From IMG/VR virus record IMGVR_UViG_3300012942_000020, positions 1 to 41,726 of that record: 41,726 bases of DNA; one strand, given 5' to 3'. The DNA comes from a virus. Lineage: Duplodnaviria > Caudoviricetes. The first letter of the stretch is position 1; each line of letters begins with the position of its first letter. The notes under the pieces are model-generated. The model did not search any database. It was not told the DNA's origin and saw only the letters and a list, made by a program, of their open reading frames with translations. Positions 1 to 8,484 of this stretch are shown here, piece by piece. Made by a program: the position numbers and the translations under genes.

Positions 1-123
1 AAGACTTAAAATCTTTCGATTTAAATATCATATCGGTTCGAGTCCGATAGAGGGCACCACAATTGATCACCGCTATTAGGTGATCTAGTCTATGCAAGTT
101 TTTTGCTTATGCGCATAGATGAA
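1..123. repeat. Terminal direct repeat, left copy (identical to 41604-41726); probably circular-assembly overlap
   Basis: Direct comparison of both ends; the repeat starts inside tRNA-Leu. Confidence 0.95.
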
Positions 124-217
124 ACTTAATAAAGCAAATGCTGCTATGCTGCATGGGGGTATAGCTTAAGACAATGCTTATTGACTTTTATTCAATAGGT
201 ATAGCCCATGCCACATT

Positions 218-252
218 AAAGCAGACTAGATTAGCTTCTAGTCTGCTTTTTA
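218..252 (+). terminator. Intrinsic terminator downstream of tRNA-Leu
   Basis: aaagcagactaga-ttagct-tctagtctgcttt stem followed by a T run. Confidence 0.8.
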
Positions 253-270
253 TTGCTTAGGATTAAATAA

Positions 271-684
271 ATGGATTGTGCAAATTGCTCTAAGCTACAA
301 GATAGAATAGAAGAATTAGAAGAAATAATTATTCAATTAAAGCAATCAGCTAAAGTAGATGATTTTGATTTAAATGTTTTTAAGATTAAGAAAGCATTAA
401 ATACTACAACTACCAAAGCATCTATTTTATTATATCTATATATGAGTAACTTTCCTGTACATATAGATAATATTAAGTATATGTTTTCTAGACCTGAAAC
501 AGACTTAAATGTCGTTAAGACACATATTAGTTATATTAATAAATTAATTAAAGATTTATATAATATTGATCATATAATTAAATGTCAGTTTACTATGCTT
601 ACTAGAAATGATACTAGATATTATATAGATGATAAATATAGATATATCATTAAAGATTTTATTGATCCTATGCCTGTAGCTTAA
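271..684 (+). CDS. Coiled-coil plus OmpR/CtrA-type winged-helix DNA-binding protein
   Basis: N-terminal LQDRIEELEE coiled coil; NVVKTHISYINKLI resembles the trans_reg_C recognition helix; no receiver domain. Confidence 0.55.
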   Translation: MDCANCSKLQDRIEELEEIIIQLKQSAKVDDFDLNVFKIKKALNTTTTKASILLYLYMSNFPVHIDNIKYMFSRPETDLNVVKTHISYINKLIKDLYNIDHIIKCQFTMLTRNDTRYYIDDKYRYIIKDFIDPMPVA

Positions 685-745
685 TGGTTAAAGCTATCTG
701 CTCATAACAGATTGATTACAGGTTCGAGTCCTGTCAGGCATACCA
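670..745 (+). tRNA. tRNA with CAT anticodon, probably tRNA-Ile2 (lysidine), otherwise elongator Met
   Basis: Acceptor atgcctg/caggcat; anticodon arm atctg-ctCATaa-cagat; T arm ggttcgagtcc; encoded CCA; C4-G69 and C5-G68 pairs. Confidence 0.9.
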
Positions 746-748
746 AAT

Positions 749-823
749 GTGGCTATAGTTAAATGGATATAACAGGATACTTCTAATATCTAGTTGAAGG
801 TTCAATTCCTTCTAGCCTCGCCA
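749..823 (+). tRNA. tRNA-Arg(TCT)
   Basis: Acceptor gtggcta/tagcctc with one T-T mismatch; anticodon arm ggata-ctTCTaa-tatct; T arm gaagg-ttcaatt-ccttc; CCA. Confidence 0.85.
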
Positions 824-844
824 TAATTAAAGAAGGTTATTTAA

Positions 845-1057
845 ATACTTCATATAACAAGACATGTAGATGAGAATTTCTTACGAAAGTATTATGCTAA
901 TCCAGATCTAACACATGAAATGCTCATTGAAGATTTAATTGGATATTATGTAGCTTTACAAAATATTCAATCTATCATCGATAATCCCAAACAGCAAAAA
1001 CCAATTAGTTTAAATAAGGATGATAATAATGACAAAACTCATTTGGATTACTCCTAA
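845..1057 (+). CDS. Hypothetical ~70 aa protein, possible ATA start (not in ORF track)
   Basis: Open frame ILHITRHVDENFLRKYY...THLDYS fills the tRNA-thyX gap; GAAGGT lies 7 nt before ATA. Confidence 0.4.
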   Translation: MLHITRHVDENFLRKYYANPDLTHEMLIEDLIGYYVALQNIQSIIDNPKQQKPISLNKDDNNDKTHLDYS

Positions 1058-1652
1058 TGCAGATAAGTTAATTGCTTATATGGCAAGAGTTTCAAATCTC
1101 AATGCTAATGTTGATGACGACTCATCGAAATTAATTGCTTATTTAATTAAACATAAGCATTGGTCACCTTTTGAAATGTGTAATATGTGTGTTGAGATTG
1201 AAACAACACGTGATATTACAAGACAAATCTTACGGCATCGATCATTCCATTTTCAAGAATTCTCTCAAAGATATGCAGAAATTGATCAAGGTACAATTTT
1301 TAGTAATCCTAGATTACAGGATTATGAGAACAGGCAAAACTCAATTGAGACATTCGATGAAGACATTTATGAGTTTTGGCATAACCTTCAAAAAGACATT
1401 TGGAACAGTGCTTATTCAGCTTACAAACAAGCAATTAATGAAGGAATTGCTAAAGAAGTTGCACGTAAATTATTGCCAGAAGGTATGACAAAATCAAAGT
1501 TATACATGAATGGAACAGTCAGAGATTGGATACATTATATAAATGTACGAACTGATGACAGTACACAATTAGAACATCGACATGTTGCTGAAAATATAAA
1601 AGATATTTTCAATGAGAATTTACCACAAGTAGCTAAAGCATTGGGTTACTAA
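1029..1652 (+). CDS. thyX: Flavin-dependent thymidylate synthase
   Basis: HWSPFE and RHRSFHFQEFSQRY (RHR-x7-S motif), EVARKLLP; ATG 1029 follows AAGGA. Confidence 0.95.
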   Translation: MTKLIWITPNADKLIAYMARVSNLNANVDDDSSKLIAYLIKHKHWSPFEMCNMCVEIETTRDITRQILRHRSFHFQEFSQRYAEIDQGTIFSNPRLQDYENRQNSIETFDEDIYEFWHNLQKDIWNSAYSAYKQAINEGIAKEVARKLLPEGMTKSKLYMNGTVRDWIHYINVRTDDSTQLEHRHVAENIKDIFNENLPQVAKALGY

Positions 1653-1864
1653 TGAATATATTTATTGTGATAAAATCATCAGTAAAATATAAAGCATTTA
1701 TAGGTGCATTTGCTGTTGAGACTAATGCAATTAGAATTGCTAGAGAATGCCATGAGGAAGACAAAGTATCCATCTTTGATGTTTATAGGTTAGAGGTTGG
1801 TGCAAAGTACGAGAATGTACTTCAACCTATCTATACTACAGAAGGTGATGACATTCCTTGGTAA
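1652..1864 (+). CDS. Hypothetical protein
   Basis: TAATG-coupled ORF in the operon. Confidence 0.7.
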   Translation: MNIFIVIKSSVKYKAFIGAFAVETNAIRIARECHEEDKVSIFDVYRLEVGAKYENVLQPIYTTEGDDIPW

Positions 1865-1878
1865 TAGAAAGGGAATAA

Positions 1879-2304
1879 ATGACTAAAATCACTATTATAA
1901 CTAATGATCATCATAACTTAATTGATTTACTTATTAGTAAAGGATATAAGTTTATGGTAAGTGCTGATACTCAAACACAACTACCATCTAAAATTTCTAT
2001 TAATAAAGATGCACAAGAAGTTATTAATGAAATTCGATCAGAAGCTGCAACTGTTTATACATCTCCTCATCCTAAGAAAGTAGTATCAGTTCATAGAGAA
2101 AAGAAAATGCTTTATGATATTGTTTATGATGTTATGGAGAATGATAAGGTATATAATAAACATGACGTTATTAAAATAATTACAGCTAAAGGATTTTCTA
2201 AGAATAGTGCATCACCTACATTAAATGATTTATATAAACTTAATATGGTAGAGAGAGTTAAAGAAGGTAGGATGTTTTATTATTCAAAGAAAGTTATCAA
2301 ATGA
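1879..2304 (+). CDS. Putative DNA-binding protein with C-terminal winged helix
   Basis: SASPTLNDLYKLNMVERVKEGRMFYYS is a typical wHTH helix plus wing. Confidence 0.6.
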   Translation: MTKITIITNDHHNLIDLLISKGYKFMVSADTQTQLPSKISINKDAQEVINEIRSEAATVYTSPHPKKVVSVHREKKMLYDIVYDVMENDKVYNKHDVIKIITAKGFSKNSASPTLNDLYKLNMVERVKEGRMFYYSKKVIK

Positions 2305-2501
2305 AAGATACTGTAATTAAGCAATTAGCAAATGACTTTTGTGCTTTAGAATTACCTAAATCAGTTTGTGCTGATATGTGTGCAACAAATAAAGAATACC
2401 AATATCCTAGACATGGTACTAATTTATTGACTGTTGATGAAGCCTATCAAATGTTTCATGAATTGTTTAAAGATAAATACCTTATCACAAAGATTTATTA
2501 A
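2301..2501 (+). CDS. Hypothetical protein
   Basis: ATGA-coupled ORF. Confidence 0.7.
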   Translation: MKDTVIKQLANDFCALELPKSVCADMCATNKEYQYPRHGTNLLTVDEAYQMFHELFKDKYLITKIY

Positions 2502-2503
2502 TC

Positions 2504-2695
2504 ATGATATTATCATATAGAGCTAGATTAATTATAGCTAATCTTATTGATGCTAAATTAACTGAATTAGAGAAACTTAATCTTGCTGATTCAGTTAATG
2601 CTGATTTAATTAAAATTAAAGAATTTAAAGAAAAGCTATTAATGAATAATACAATTGAATTTAGTCATTCAGGTAATAAGGCTATGGGTACATGA
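2504..2695 (+). CDS. Hypothetical protein
   Basis: Tightly packed ORF. Confidence 0.6.
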   Translation: MILSYRARLIIANLIDAKLTELEKLNLADSVNADLIKIKEFKEKLLMNNTIEFSHSGNKAMGT

Positions 2696-2961
2696 GCAAA
2701 GATTATCTTATTACTGTAGAAGACAATGAACTTAATCCTAACTTACCTCATCAAGTTGTAGGATTGATTTGTCAAAATAGAGATACTAAAGAATTATTTG
2801 AAATGCGTGTAAGAGTACACAGCATTAATCTTGATGATTGTATTATAGATGCTATTAAACAAATTCATGGTGTTGAGACTATTAAAGGATATGATAGACA
2901 AATTAGAGGTACTAGAAATGTTAGTACTAATAGAGTATTAGGAGCTTGGCTAGTACCATGA
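2692..2961 (+). CDS. Hypothetical protein
   Basis: ATGA-coupled ORF. Confidence 0.7.
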   Translation: MSKDYLITVEDNELNPNLPHQVVGLICQNRDTKELFEMRVRVHSINLDDCIIDAIKQIHGVETIKGYDRQIRGTRNVSTNRVLGAWLVP

Positions 2962-3179
2962 ATAATGTAATTAAACTTGAAGATGTTAAGCCTAAGACAG
3001 TTAAATCAGTATATAAGAAAATTCCTATTACATTAACATATTTACCTAATGAAGGTAAATGGAAATGGTCTATTAAAATTATTACTGAAACTACATATTC
3101 AGAAGTATCAGAGAATGAGATTAAGGCTAAAAGAGCTGCTCAGAAATACATTGATAAACATGGTATAGGTAAAGGATAA
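2958..3179 (+). CDS. Hypothetical protein
   Basis: ORF; ATGA-coupled start 2958 preferred over TTG 2946. Confidence 0.65.
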   Translation: MNNVIKLEDVKPKTVKSVYKKIPITLTYLPNEGKWKWSIKIITETTYSEVSENEIKAKRAAQKYIDKHGIGKG

Positions 3180-3183
3180 TAAT

Positions 3184-3375
3184 ATGCACTGGTATGTTTA
3201 TTTAGCAATCTATTTGTTGATTGGTATTATTAGTTATATCTATATGATTATTGTAGAAGATAGTTCTGAAACTGTTGAAGATAGATTTAAAGAATTTATT
3301 TATACTCTAATAGCATGGCCTATTTTATGGTTCATTATTGCATGGCTTCTTTATAAAGATAGGAATGATGACTGA
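3184..3375 (+). CDS. Small two-TM membrane protein
   Basis: Two hydrophobic stretches; WP motif in the second helix. Confidence 0.65.
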   Translation: MHWYVYLAIYLLIGIISYIYMIIVEDSSETVEDRFKEFIYTLIAWPILWFIIAWLLYKDRNDD

Positions 3376-3712
3376 GATTATAGAAACAGAAGATATGCAT
3401 CTTCTTAAAGAAGATACACCAATTAATAAAGCAACTCTCTTAGACTTAGACTTAGATAAGCAACGTAAATTTATTGCTAAACTTCAAGAGAGAAGACTTA
3501 AAGTTAATCATCAAGTAGTTAAAGCTAGAAAAGCTAAGGATACTTGTACTTCTACTAATAGATTGTCTCAAGCAGTTAAGTTTGAGAAACTAGGAGAGAA
3601 GTTAGAGAAACTTATTCAGAAGATTGATACTGATATAAGTAAAGCTGAGAAAATTGCTGATGAAATTAAAGTCTATAGAATGACTATATGCGACTATGAT
3701 GAGGATGAATAA
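3338..3712 (+). CDS. Hypothetical coiled-coil protein (true start probably ~3365/3368)
   Basis: ORF; AGGA precedes ATGATG. Confidence 0.65.
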   Translation: MHGFFIKIGMMTEIIETEDMHLLKEDTPINKATLLDLDLDKQRKFIAKLQERRLKVNHQVVKARKAKDTCTSTNRLSQAVKFEKLGEKLEKLIQKIDTDISKAEKIADEIKVYRMTICDYDEDE

Positions 3713-3945
3713 TGGCTGATTTTTGTAAGCAATGTTCTATTGATATGGGATTTGATGAACCTGATTTAGATAACATAACAACAGAAGATATTACCAAAGA
3801 AGGTAAGTATGCTACTGTTATATGTGAAGGTTGTGGTATAACTCAAGTAGATCATGAAGGTACTTGTATAGGAGGTTGTATGAATAGTAAACATAACAAT
3901 TATTTTAACAAGTATCGAAATGAATATTTAAAATATGAGGATTAA
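3712..3945 (+). CDS. Small Cys-rich putative zinc-binding protein
   Basis: CxxC...CEGCG...CxxxC...H. Confidence 0.7.
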   Translation: MADFCKQCSIDMGFDEPDLDNITTEDITKEGKYATVICEGCGITQVDHEGTCIGGCMNSKHNNYFNKYRNEYLKYED

Positions 3946-3948
3946 TAA

Positions 3949-4200
3949 ATGTCTCATGAAGTAGAAACATTAACTAAAACTAATTTAATAATTAAATATA
4001 GAAATAATTTACAAGAAGATTGGGAATGGGCTCAAAAAAATCCAGAAACTTTAGACAATTTTATAAAAAAGTTTACGCAAACTATTAACACGAATTTTAA
4101 TACAGTAGATATTCATAGTAAAACTTTAAAGCGTACTCTTAGAGATTTAGGATTTAAAGGTAATATTACATATAAAGCTTTAAGGAGCTTACCTCAATGA
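3949..4200 (+). CDS. Hypothetical protein sharing its first 7 aa with the next gene
   Basis: GAGGA RBS; MSHEVET N-terminus. Confidence 0.7.
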   Translation: MSHEVETLTKTNLIIKYRNNLQEDWEWAQKNPETLDNFIKKFTQTINTNFNTVDIHSKTLKRTLRDLGFKGNITYKALRSLPQ

Positions 4201-5147
4201 GTCATGAAGTAGAAACAATGGCATTTCGTCATGAAGTGCCTTGGCATGGTTTAGGTAATCAACTTACTCAAGATGCAACTCCATTTGAAATGATGCAAGA
4301 GGCTGGCTGTGATTGGTTAGTAGAGAAACGTCCTATTGGTTATAAACATAGCTCAGGCAATATTCAAAAGATTACTGGTAAGAATGCTTTAATTAGAGCA
4401 TCTGATGAACGCTTCTTTAGTATCGTAGGTGATAACTGGAAGCCTGTTCAGAATAGTCAAATCTTTGAAGTCTTCAATAAGTTTTGTGTTGAAGGAGGTG
4501 CGACTATGGAAACAGCAGGAGCTTTGCAAGGAGGTAAACTTGTATGGGCTTTAGCTAATTTAAATAAAGCATTTGTTGCTGCAAATGGTGAGCCAATTAA
4601 AGCTTATATGCTGTTAGCACATAAACATGAATATGGCTTTGCTAGTATTGGCAGACTTACTAATATTGTAGTTGTATGTGCAAATACCTTTGCTCAATCA
4701 GGAGGCTTTAAAGGAGCATCATCTTTTAGAGTACCACATACAGTAGAGTTTGAGCCTAATTGGGCAGCAGAACAATTTAATATCATGCGTGAAGGTTCAA
4801 CTGAGTTTGAACGCAATGTTAATATTTTAACTAAGATTAATATCTCAACAGAAGATGCTGTTAGGATATTAGCACCAGTATTTCAACCTGATATTGATCC
4901 TGATGATCTAGTTAAAGACTTCGATAATAAAGTAAATCGTACTGTATTAGGTATTATGAAGTCTGCATTAATTGGTGCTGGTGCTGATCTTAGGAGAGAT
5001 ACTGCATGGGGATTATTTAATGGAGTAACTTATTATGAAAATCATTTAGCCAAAGGTACTAAAGATAGTAGGTTAGCTTCTACTTTTATGGGTACTAATA
5101 ATGCTAATATGAATAAAATTTATACTAAATTATTGGAGTTGCAATGA
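4197..5147 (+). CDS. DUF932 / phage-plasmid LGT-family protein
   Basis: PWHGLG, ETAGALQGGK, VVCANT and TAWGLFNGVT motifs. Confidence 0.85.
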   Translation: MSHEVETMAFRHEVPWHGLGNQLTQDATPFEMMQEAGCDWLVEKRPIGYKHSSGNIQKITGKNALIRASDERFFSIVGDNWKPVQNSQIFEVFNKFCVEGGATMETAGALQGGKLVWALANLNKAFVAANGEPIKAYMLLAHKHEYGFASIGRLTNIVVVCANTFAQSGGFKGASSFRVPHTVEFEPNWAAEQFNIMREGSTEFERNVNILTKINISTEDAVRILAPVFQPDIDPDDLVKDFDNKVNRTVLGIMKSALIGAGADLRRDTAWGLFNGVTYYENHLAKGTKDSRLASTFMGTNNANMNKIYTKLLELQ

Positions 5148-6244
5148 ATAAATTTACATCAATCTCAGTAAGACTTGCTACACCAGAAGATCAACATCTA
5201 ACAGCATTTGATAATACTAAACTTGTAGCATTAGACACATGTGTTAGATGGGGTATTATTACTTATCAGATGCATAAAACATGGTCTGATAATCAAAAGG
5301 CTCAAGCATTAGAAGCAGGTACAGTATTACACCAAGTATTTGCTGCTGTTAGGCTATGGCAACTTTGTTACTTTGATCTTAAAAGTAATCTATTAGCTGA
5401 ACAGATTATTGATAAGCATGGTAAGAGATTGTTTGGTAAGGATAGATGGGAGGTATTGATTAAGCCTCAATTCTTCGTACCAATTACAAGAGAGAATTTA
5501 ATGCAGTTATGTTTAACTGTATTAAATACTTCTAATTATGTTGAAGACCCAGAAGATAAGAAAAGGTCTATGACAGCATTAGAAGAAGTAGCTATTAATT
5601 ATATTAATAGATGGGATATGACTAGGTATCCTATATGGATTAGAGATAAAGATGATCCTGATACAGATGTAGGTATTGAAATAGGATTTGATTTAGTTAT
5701 TGAATTTACATTTGAAGATGGCTCTATTAAATTATATCGCTTCACAGGTAAACTTGATGGCTTACACTTTGATCCTGATGAAACTAATCCTGATGGTACT
5801 CAAGGAGCATTATTTGTAGAAGATAATAAGACTACTTCTAGAATTATGTCTGAATATCAATACTATGATATGGATACTCAGATGCGAGGTTATATGCTTG
5901 CTGCTAGAGTATTCACAGAACAGTCTGATATTAATCATGCTAAGGTTAGAATCAGTTCTGTGCCTGTTCCTGCTAAGTCAACGCATGGTGGTCAGTATTT
6001 GCATCCTGTTAGGCAGCCTGATTATATGATTGAAAGATGGTTCTCATGGTTCTATAACCTTGCTCAAAAAGAGGCTGAGTTTAAAGACAATCCTTTTGAT
6101 GCTCCTGAGTCACCTCATTCCTGTCATAGATATTTCAGGAATTGTTCAATGTTACCATTCTGCACAGCATCTAAACAAGAACAAGAAGAAGCTCTTGATA
6201 GTATGATTATTAGTGAATGGAATGTATTAGCTGAGGAAGATTAA
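5144..6244 (+). CDS. PD-(D/E)XK Cas4/AddB-like exonuclease
   Basis: GTVLH, GKLDG, EDNKT, QMRGY; one N-terminal Cys plus C-terminal Cx6Cx5C (probable Fe-S staple). Confidence 0.75.
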   Translation: MNKFTSISVRLATPEDQHLTAFDNTKLVALDTCVRWGIITYQMHKTWSDNQKAQALEAGTVLHQVFAAVRLWQLCYFDLKSNLLAEQIIDKHGKRLFGKDRWEVLIKPQFFVPITRENLMQLCLTVLNTSNYVEDPEDKKRSMTALEEVAINYINRWDMTRYPIWIRDKDDPDTDVGIEIGFDLVIEFTFEDGSIKLYRFTGKLDGLHFDPDETNPDGTQGALFVEDNKTTSRIMSEYQYYDMDTQMRGYMLAARVFTEQSDINHAKVRISSVPVPAKSTHGGQYLHPVRQPDYMIERWFSWFYNLAQKEAEFKDNPFDAPESPHSCHRYFRNCSMLPFCTASKQEQEEALDSMIISEWNVLAEED

Positions 6245-6246
6245 TA

Positions 6247-6432
6247 ATGAATACTTATAGTATATGGCAATGTATAGATGATCCATTGTCACGTCCCATG
6301 TTTAGAATATTAGAGACATATAAATGTGCTGAGGGCCATAGAACTAGAGTTTGTATGTCTTGGTATTCTACAAAAGAAGAAGCTGAATATTGGGTTGAAA
6401 AATTTAAATTAGGAGAAACAACTAATGACTAA
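6247..6432 (+). CDS. Hypothetical protein
   Basis: Packed ORF. Confidence 0.65.
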   Translation: MNTYSIWQCIDDPLSRPMFRILETYKCAEGHRTRVCMSWYSTKEEAEYWVEKFKLGETTND

Positions 6433-6703
6433 ACAATACCAAATTTTCACTCAATGGAGTGTTGCTAAAGCTGATAACTATGATGAATTATATACTCAAG
6501 TTACAAGCTTAGTTTATACTGATCCTAATGTTATGCAGTCTAATATCTGTAGTATGTATAAAATTACTCCTGCATCTTATCGTATCTTTGAGATTGTCAA
6601 TACTGATGCAGGTCTTCAAGTAGTACCTACTGATTATGTTAAATCTACTTATGAAGAAGCAGAAACATTTATTAATGAAACTCTAATGCAACAGGCATCA
6701 TAA
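6425..6703 (+). CDS. Hypothetical protein
   Basis: AGGAG RBS. Confidence 0.75.
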   Translation: MTKQYQIFTQWSVAKADNYDELYTQVTSLVYTDPNVMQSNICSMYKITPASYRIFEIVNTDAGLQVVPTDYVKSTYEEAETFINETLMQQAS

Positions 6704-7566
6704 TGGCTGAATTAATGGCAGGTTCCTATAATGTTGTTAAAGGAACTGATACTGTTCAACGTCTAGCGATGATTATTTGGGGTGCTGCTGGCGATGGTAA
6801 GACTACATTAGCTGCAACTGCTCCAGGTAATAAGCTAATCATTCAGTTTGATGATGGTGGTAGTTCATCAATTGTAGGTCTAAAAGCAAAGCTTGACAGA
6901 GAAAAACCAGAGCTTGACACAGCCCTTAAAAATGATCTATATATAGTAGATATGAGTAAGGCTGATAAGTCTACTTATGTAGGTAAGTTTGATAGAGAAG
7001 ACCCATTTGAAATTACTAAGTTATTAACTGATCCTGAGTTAAATATTGAAACAGTAATTATTGATAGTCTTACCTCATTAGGGAATGACGTTCTAAATTA
7101 TGCTGTTAAATATGCAGGTTTAAATAAATCAACTTTAGCAACTCCAGGCAAGCAAGCCTATGGCGTTAGGTTGAATTATTTAAAAGCATTTATTCTTAAC
7201 TTGCTTAAACTAACTAACAGGTTCAATAAGAACATTATCTTTATTAGTCATGAAGCTGATAAGCATGATAGTGATGGTGAGCTTGTTGCTGTTACATTAG
7301 CTTTAGGAGGTAATCTTCCTAATGAAACAGCTTTGTCAGTTGGTGAAGTTTGGTACTTTAAGAATAATGCAGCTACTGGTAGAGAAATATTCTTAGTTCC
7401 ATTTAGCTCTTACAAGCCAATGAAATCAAGAATGTTTAATGTTGCAACTGATAAAAGATTTAAGTTTGTTTATGATGTAAACAATCCTGATCCTAAATAT
7501 GAGATTGCAACATTATATAAGCAATGGGTAGATAGTAATCATGAAAAGATTGCAATACCTAAATAG
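6703..7566 (+). CDS. Sak4-like AAA ATPase (single-strand annealing/recombination)
   Basis: Walker A GAAGDGKTT, Walker B VIIDSLT, IFISHE; lies between the nuclease and SSB. Confidence 0.8.
   Translation: MAELMAGSYNVVKGTDTVQRLAMIIWGAAGDGKTTLAATAPGNKLIIQFDDGGSSSIVGLKAKLDREKPELDTALKNDLYIVDMSKADKSTYVGKFDREDPFEITKLLTDPELNIETVIIDSLTSLGNDVLNYAVKYAGLNKSTLATPGKQAYGVRLNYLKAFILNLLKLTNRFNKNIIFISHEADKHDSDGELVAVTLALGGNLPNETALSVGEVWYFKNNAATGREIFLVPFSSYKPMKSRMFNVATDKRFKFVYDVNNPDPKYEIATLYKQWVDSNHEKIAIPK
6913..6942 (+). promoter_or_regulatory. Possible intragenic sigma70 promoter
   Basis: CTTGAC-N18-CTATAT; shares cttgacacagcc with the tRNA-Leu promoter. Confidence 0.4.
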
Positions 7567-7575
7567 GAGATTTAA

Positions 7576-7782
7576 ATGAGTAATACTTTAATGACTCATC
7601 TAATGACTGAGTATAATGATATTGTTAAAAAACTTGAAGAATTTGATAGTAAAATTCAATCTGAAACAAATTCAATTGTTCAAGATTATCTAGCAGTTGA
7701 ACGTAATGCAATTAATAGTATTAAATTGCATTTAGAAGATTTGTTAGGTATGAATAAAACAGATAATACTATTAACAATTAA
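7576..7782 (+). CDS. Hypothetical coiled-coil protein
   Basis: AGGAG RBS. Confidence 0.7.
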   Translation: MSNTLMTHLMTEYNDIVKKLEEFDSKIQSETNSIVQDYLAVERNAINSIKLHLEDLLGMNKTDNTINN

Positions 7783-7880
7783 GTAATTAATGGGATGAAT
7801 TATATAGTAATGTATGATTAGCTTAATATTGTTTTAATCTATGAATAAGCAAATAGCGAGTTTATAGCATCCCTGTTTGA

Positions 7881-7941
7881 ATACCTATCTATTGAGATTG
7901 CAGAGGAAACTTAGATAGGTATCTTGCGCAAGAACCTCTGT
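7881..7941 (+). promoter_or_regulatory. Predicted RNA pseudoknot in the ssb leader
   Basis: Stem atacctatcta/tagataggtat; loop cagagg complementary to cctctg at 7935-7940. Confidence 0.5.
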
Positions 7942-7961
7942 TTAAATTAAAGGAAAACTAA

Positions 7962-8381
7962 ATGTCTGATGATATGAATGTCTTTATCTATAGCGAAGAC
8001 CTTAACAATGCTGAGGCTCCTAATCCTCTCCCTGCTGGTAATTATCCTGCTGAGGTTCTTCAAGCTTCAATTGAAGATAGCAAGTCTAAGCCAGGTCGTA
8101 AGAACCTTAAGCTTACCCTGTTTATCGCCCCTGAGAGCTATCCTGCTGACTATTTGGATGGTAACCCTGACGGCATGAAGCTTGATAGCTATACGAGCCT
8201 TCGTGACGATCCTAGGGGCCGTTTCCAGATGAAGAAGTTTAATGAGACGCTTGGCGTTAAGAACAGCACCAAGGTTGATCCTAACGACTATATGGGCTGC
8301 ACCTGCACGGTTGAAATTACTCATCGTGATTATCAAGGTATGGCTCAAGAAAGCATTGGTAAGATTTTGGCTCGCCAATAA
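7962..8381 (+). CDS. DUF669-like single-stranded DNA-binding protein
   Basis: PLPAGNYPAEV...SKSKPG...YMGCTCTVEITHRDYQG OB-fold pattern; downstream of the Sak4-like gene. Confidence 0.75.
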   Translation: MSDDMNVFIYSEDLNNAEAPNPLPAGNYPAEVLQASIEDSKSKPGRKNLKLTLFIAPESYPADYLDGNPDGMKLDSYTSLRDDPRGRFQMKKFNETLGVKNSTKVDPNDYMGCTCTVEITHRDYQGMAQESIGKILARQ

Positions 8382-8397
8382 TCATTAAATGTTAAAG

Positions 8398-8435
8398 ATG
8401 ACCTTGACAGGCTCACAAAGGCTTGTTAAGGTCAT
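8398..8435 (+). promoter_or_regulatory. 15-bp hairpin overlapping a putative promoter (TTGACA 8404-8409, N17, TAAGGT)
   Basis: atgaccttgacaggc / gcttgttaaggtcat pairing with two G-T wobbles. Confidence 0.55.
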
Positions 8436-8484
8436 TTCACACTGAGATTATTACTCATGTGAACCCTCTTTTAGAGTTATTAAA

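Noticed and set aside
1-123. 123-bp terminal repeat as a biological DTR or att site
   Set aside because: It starts mid-tRNA, there is no integrase, and P22-like packaging gives permuted ends; assembly overlap is simpler.
60-217. Ribozyme after tRNA-Leu
   Set aside because: Two hairpins are present (gatcacc/ggtgatc and tctatgc/gcataga) but I could not build a hammerhead core or HDV-like fold.
749-823. Amber suppressor (CTA) reading of the tRNA, or stop-codon recoding
   Set aside because: The 7-nt loop centres on TCT, and genes are intact in the standard code.
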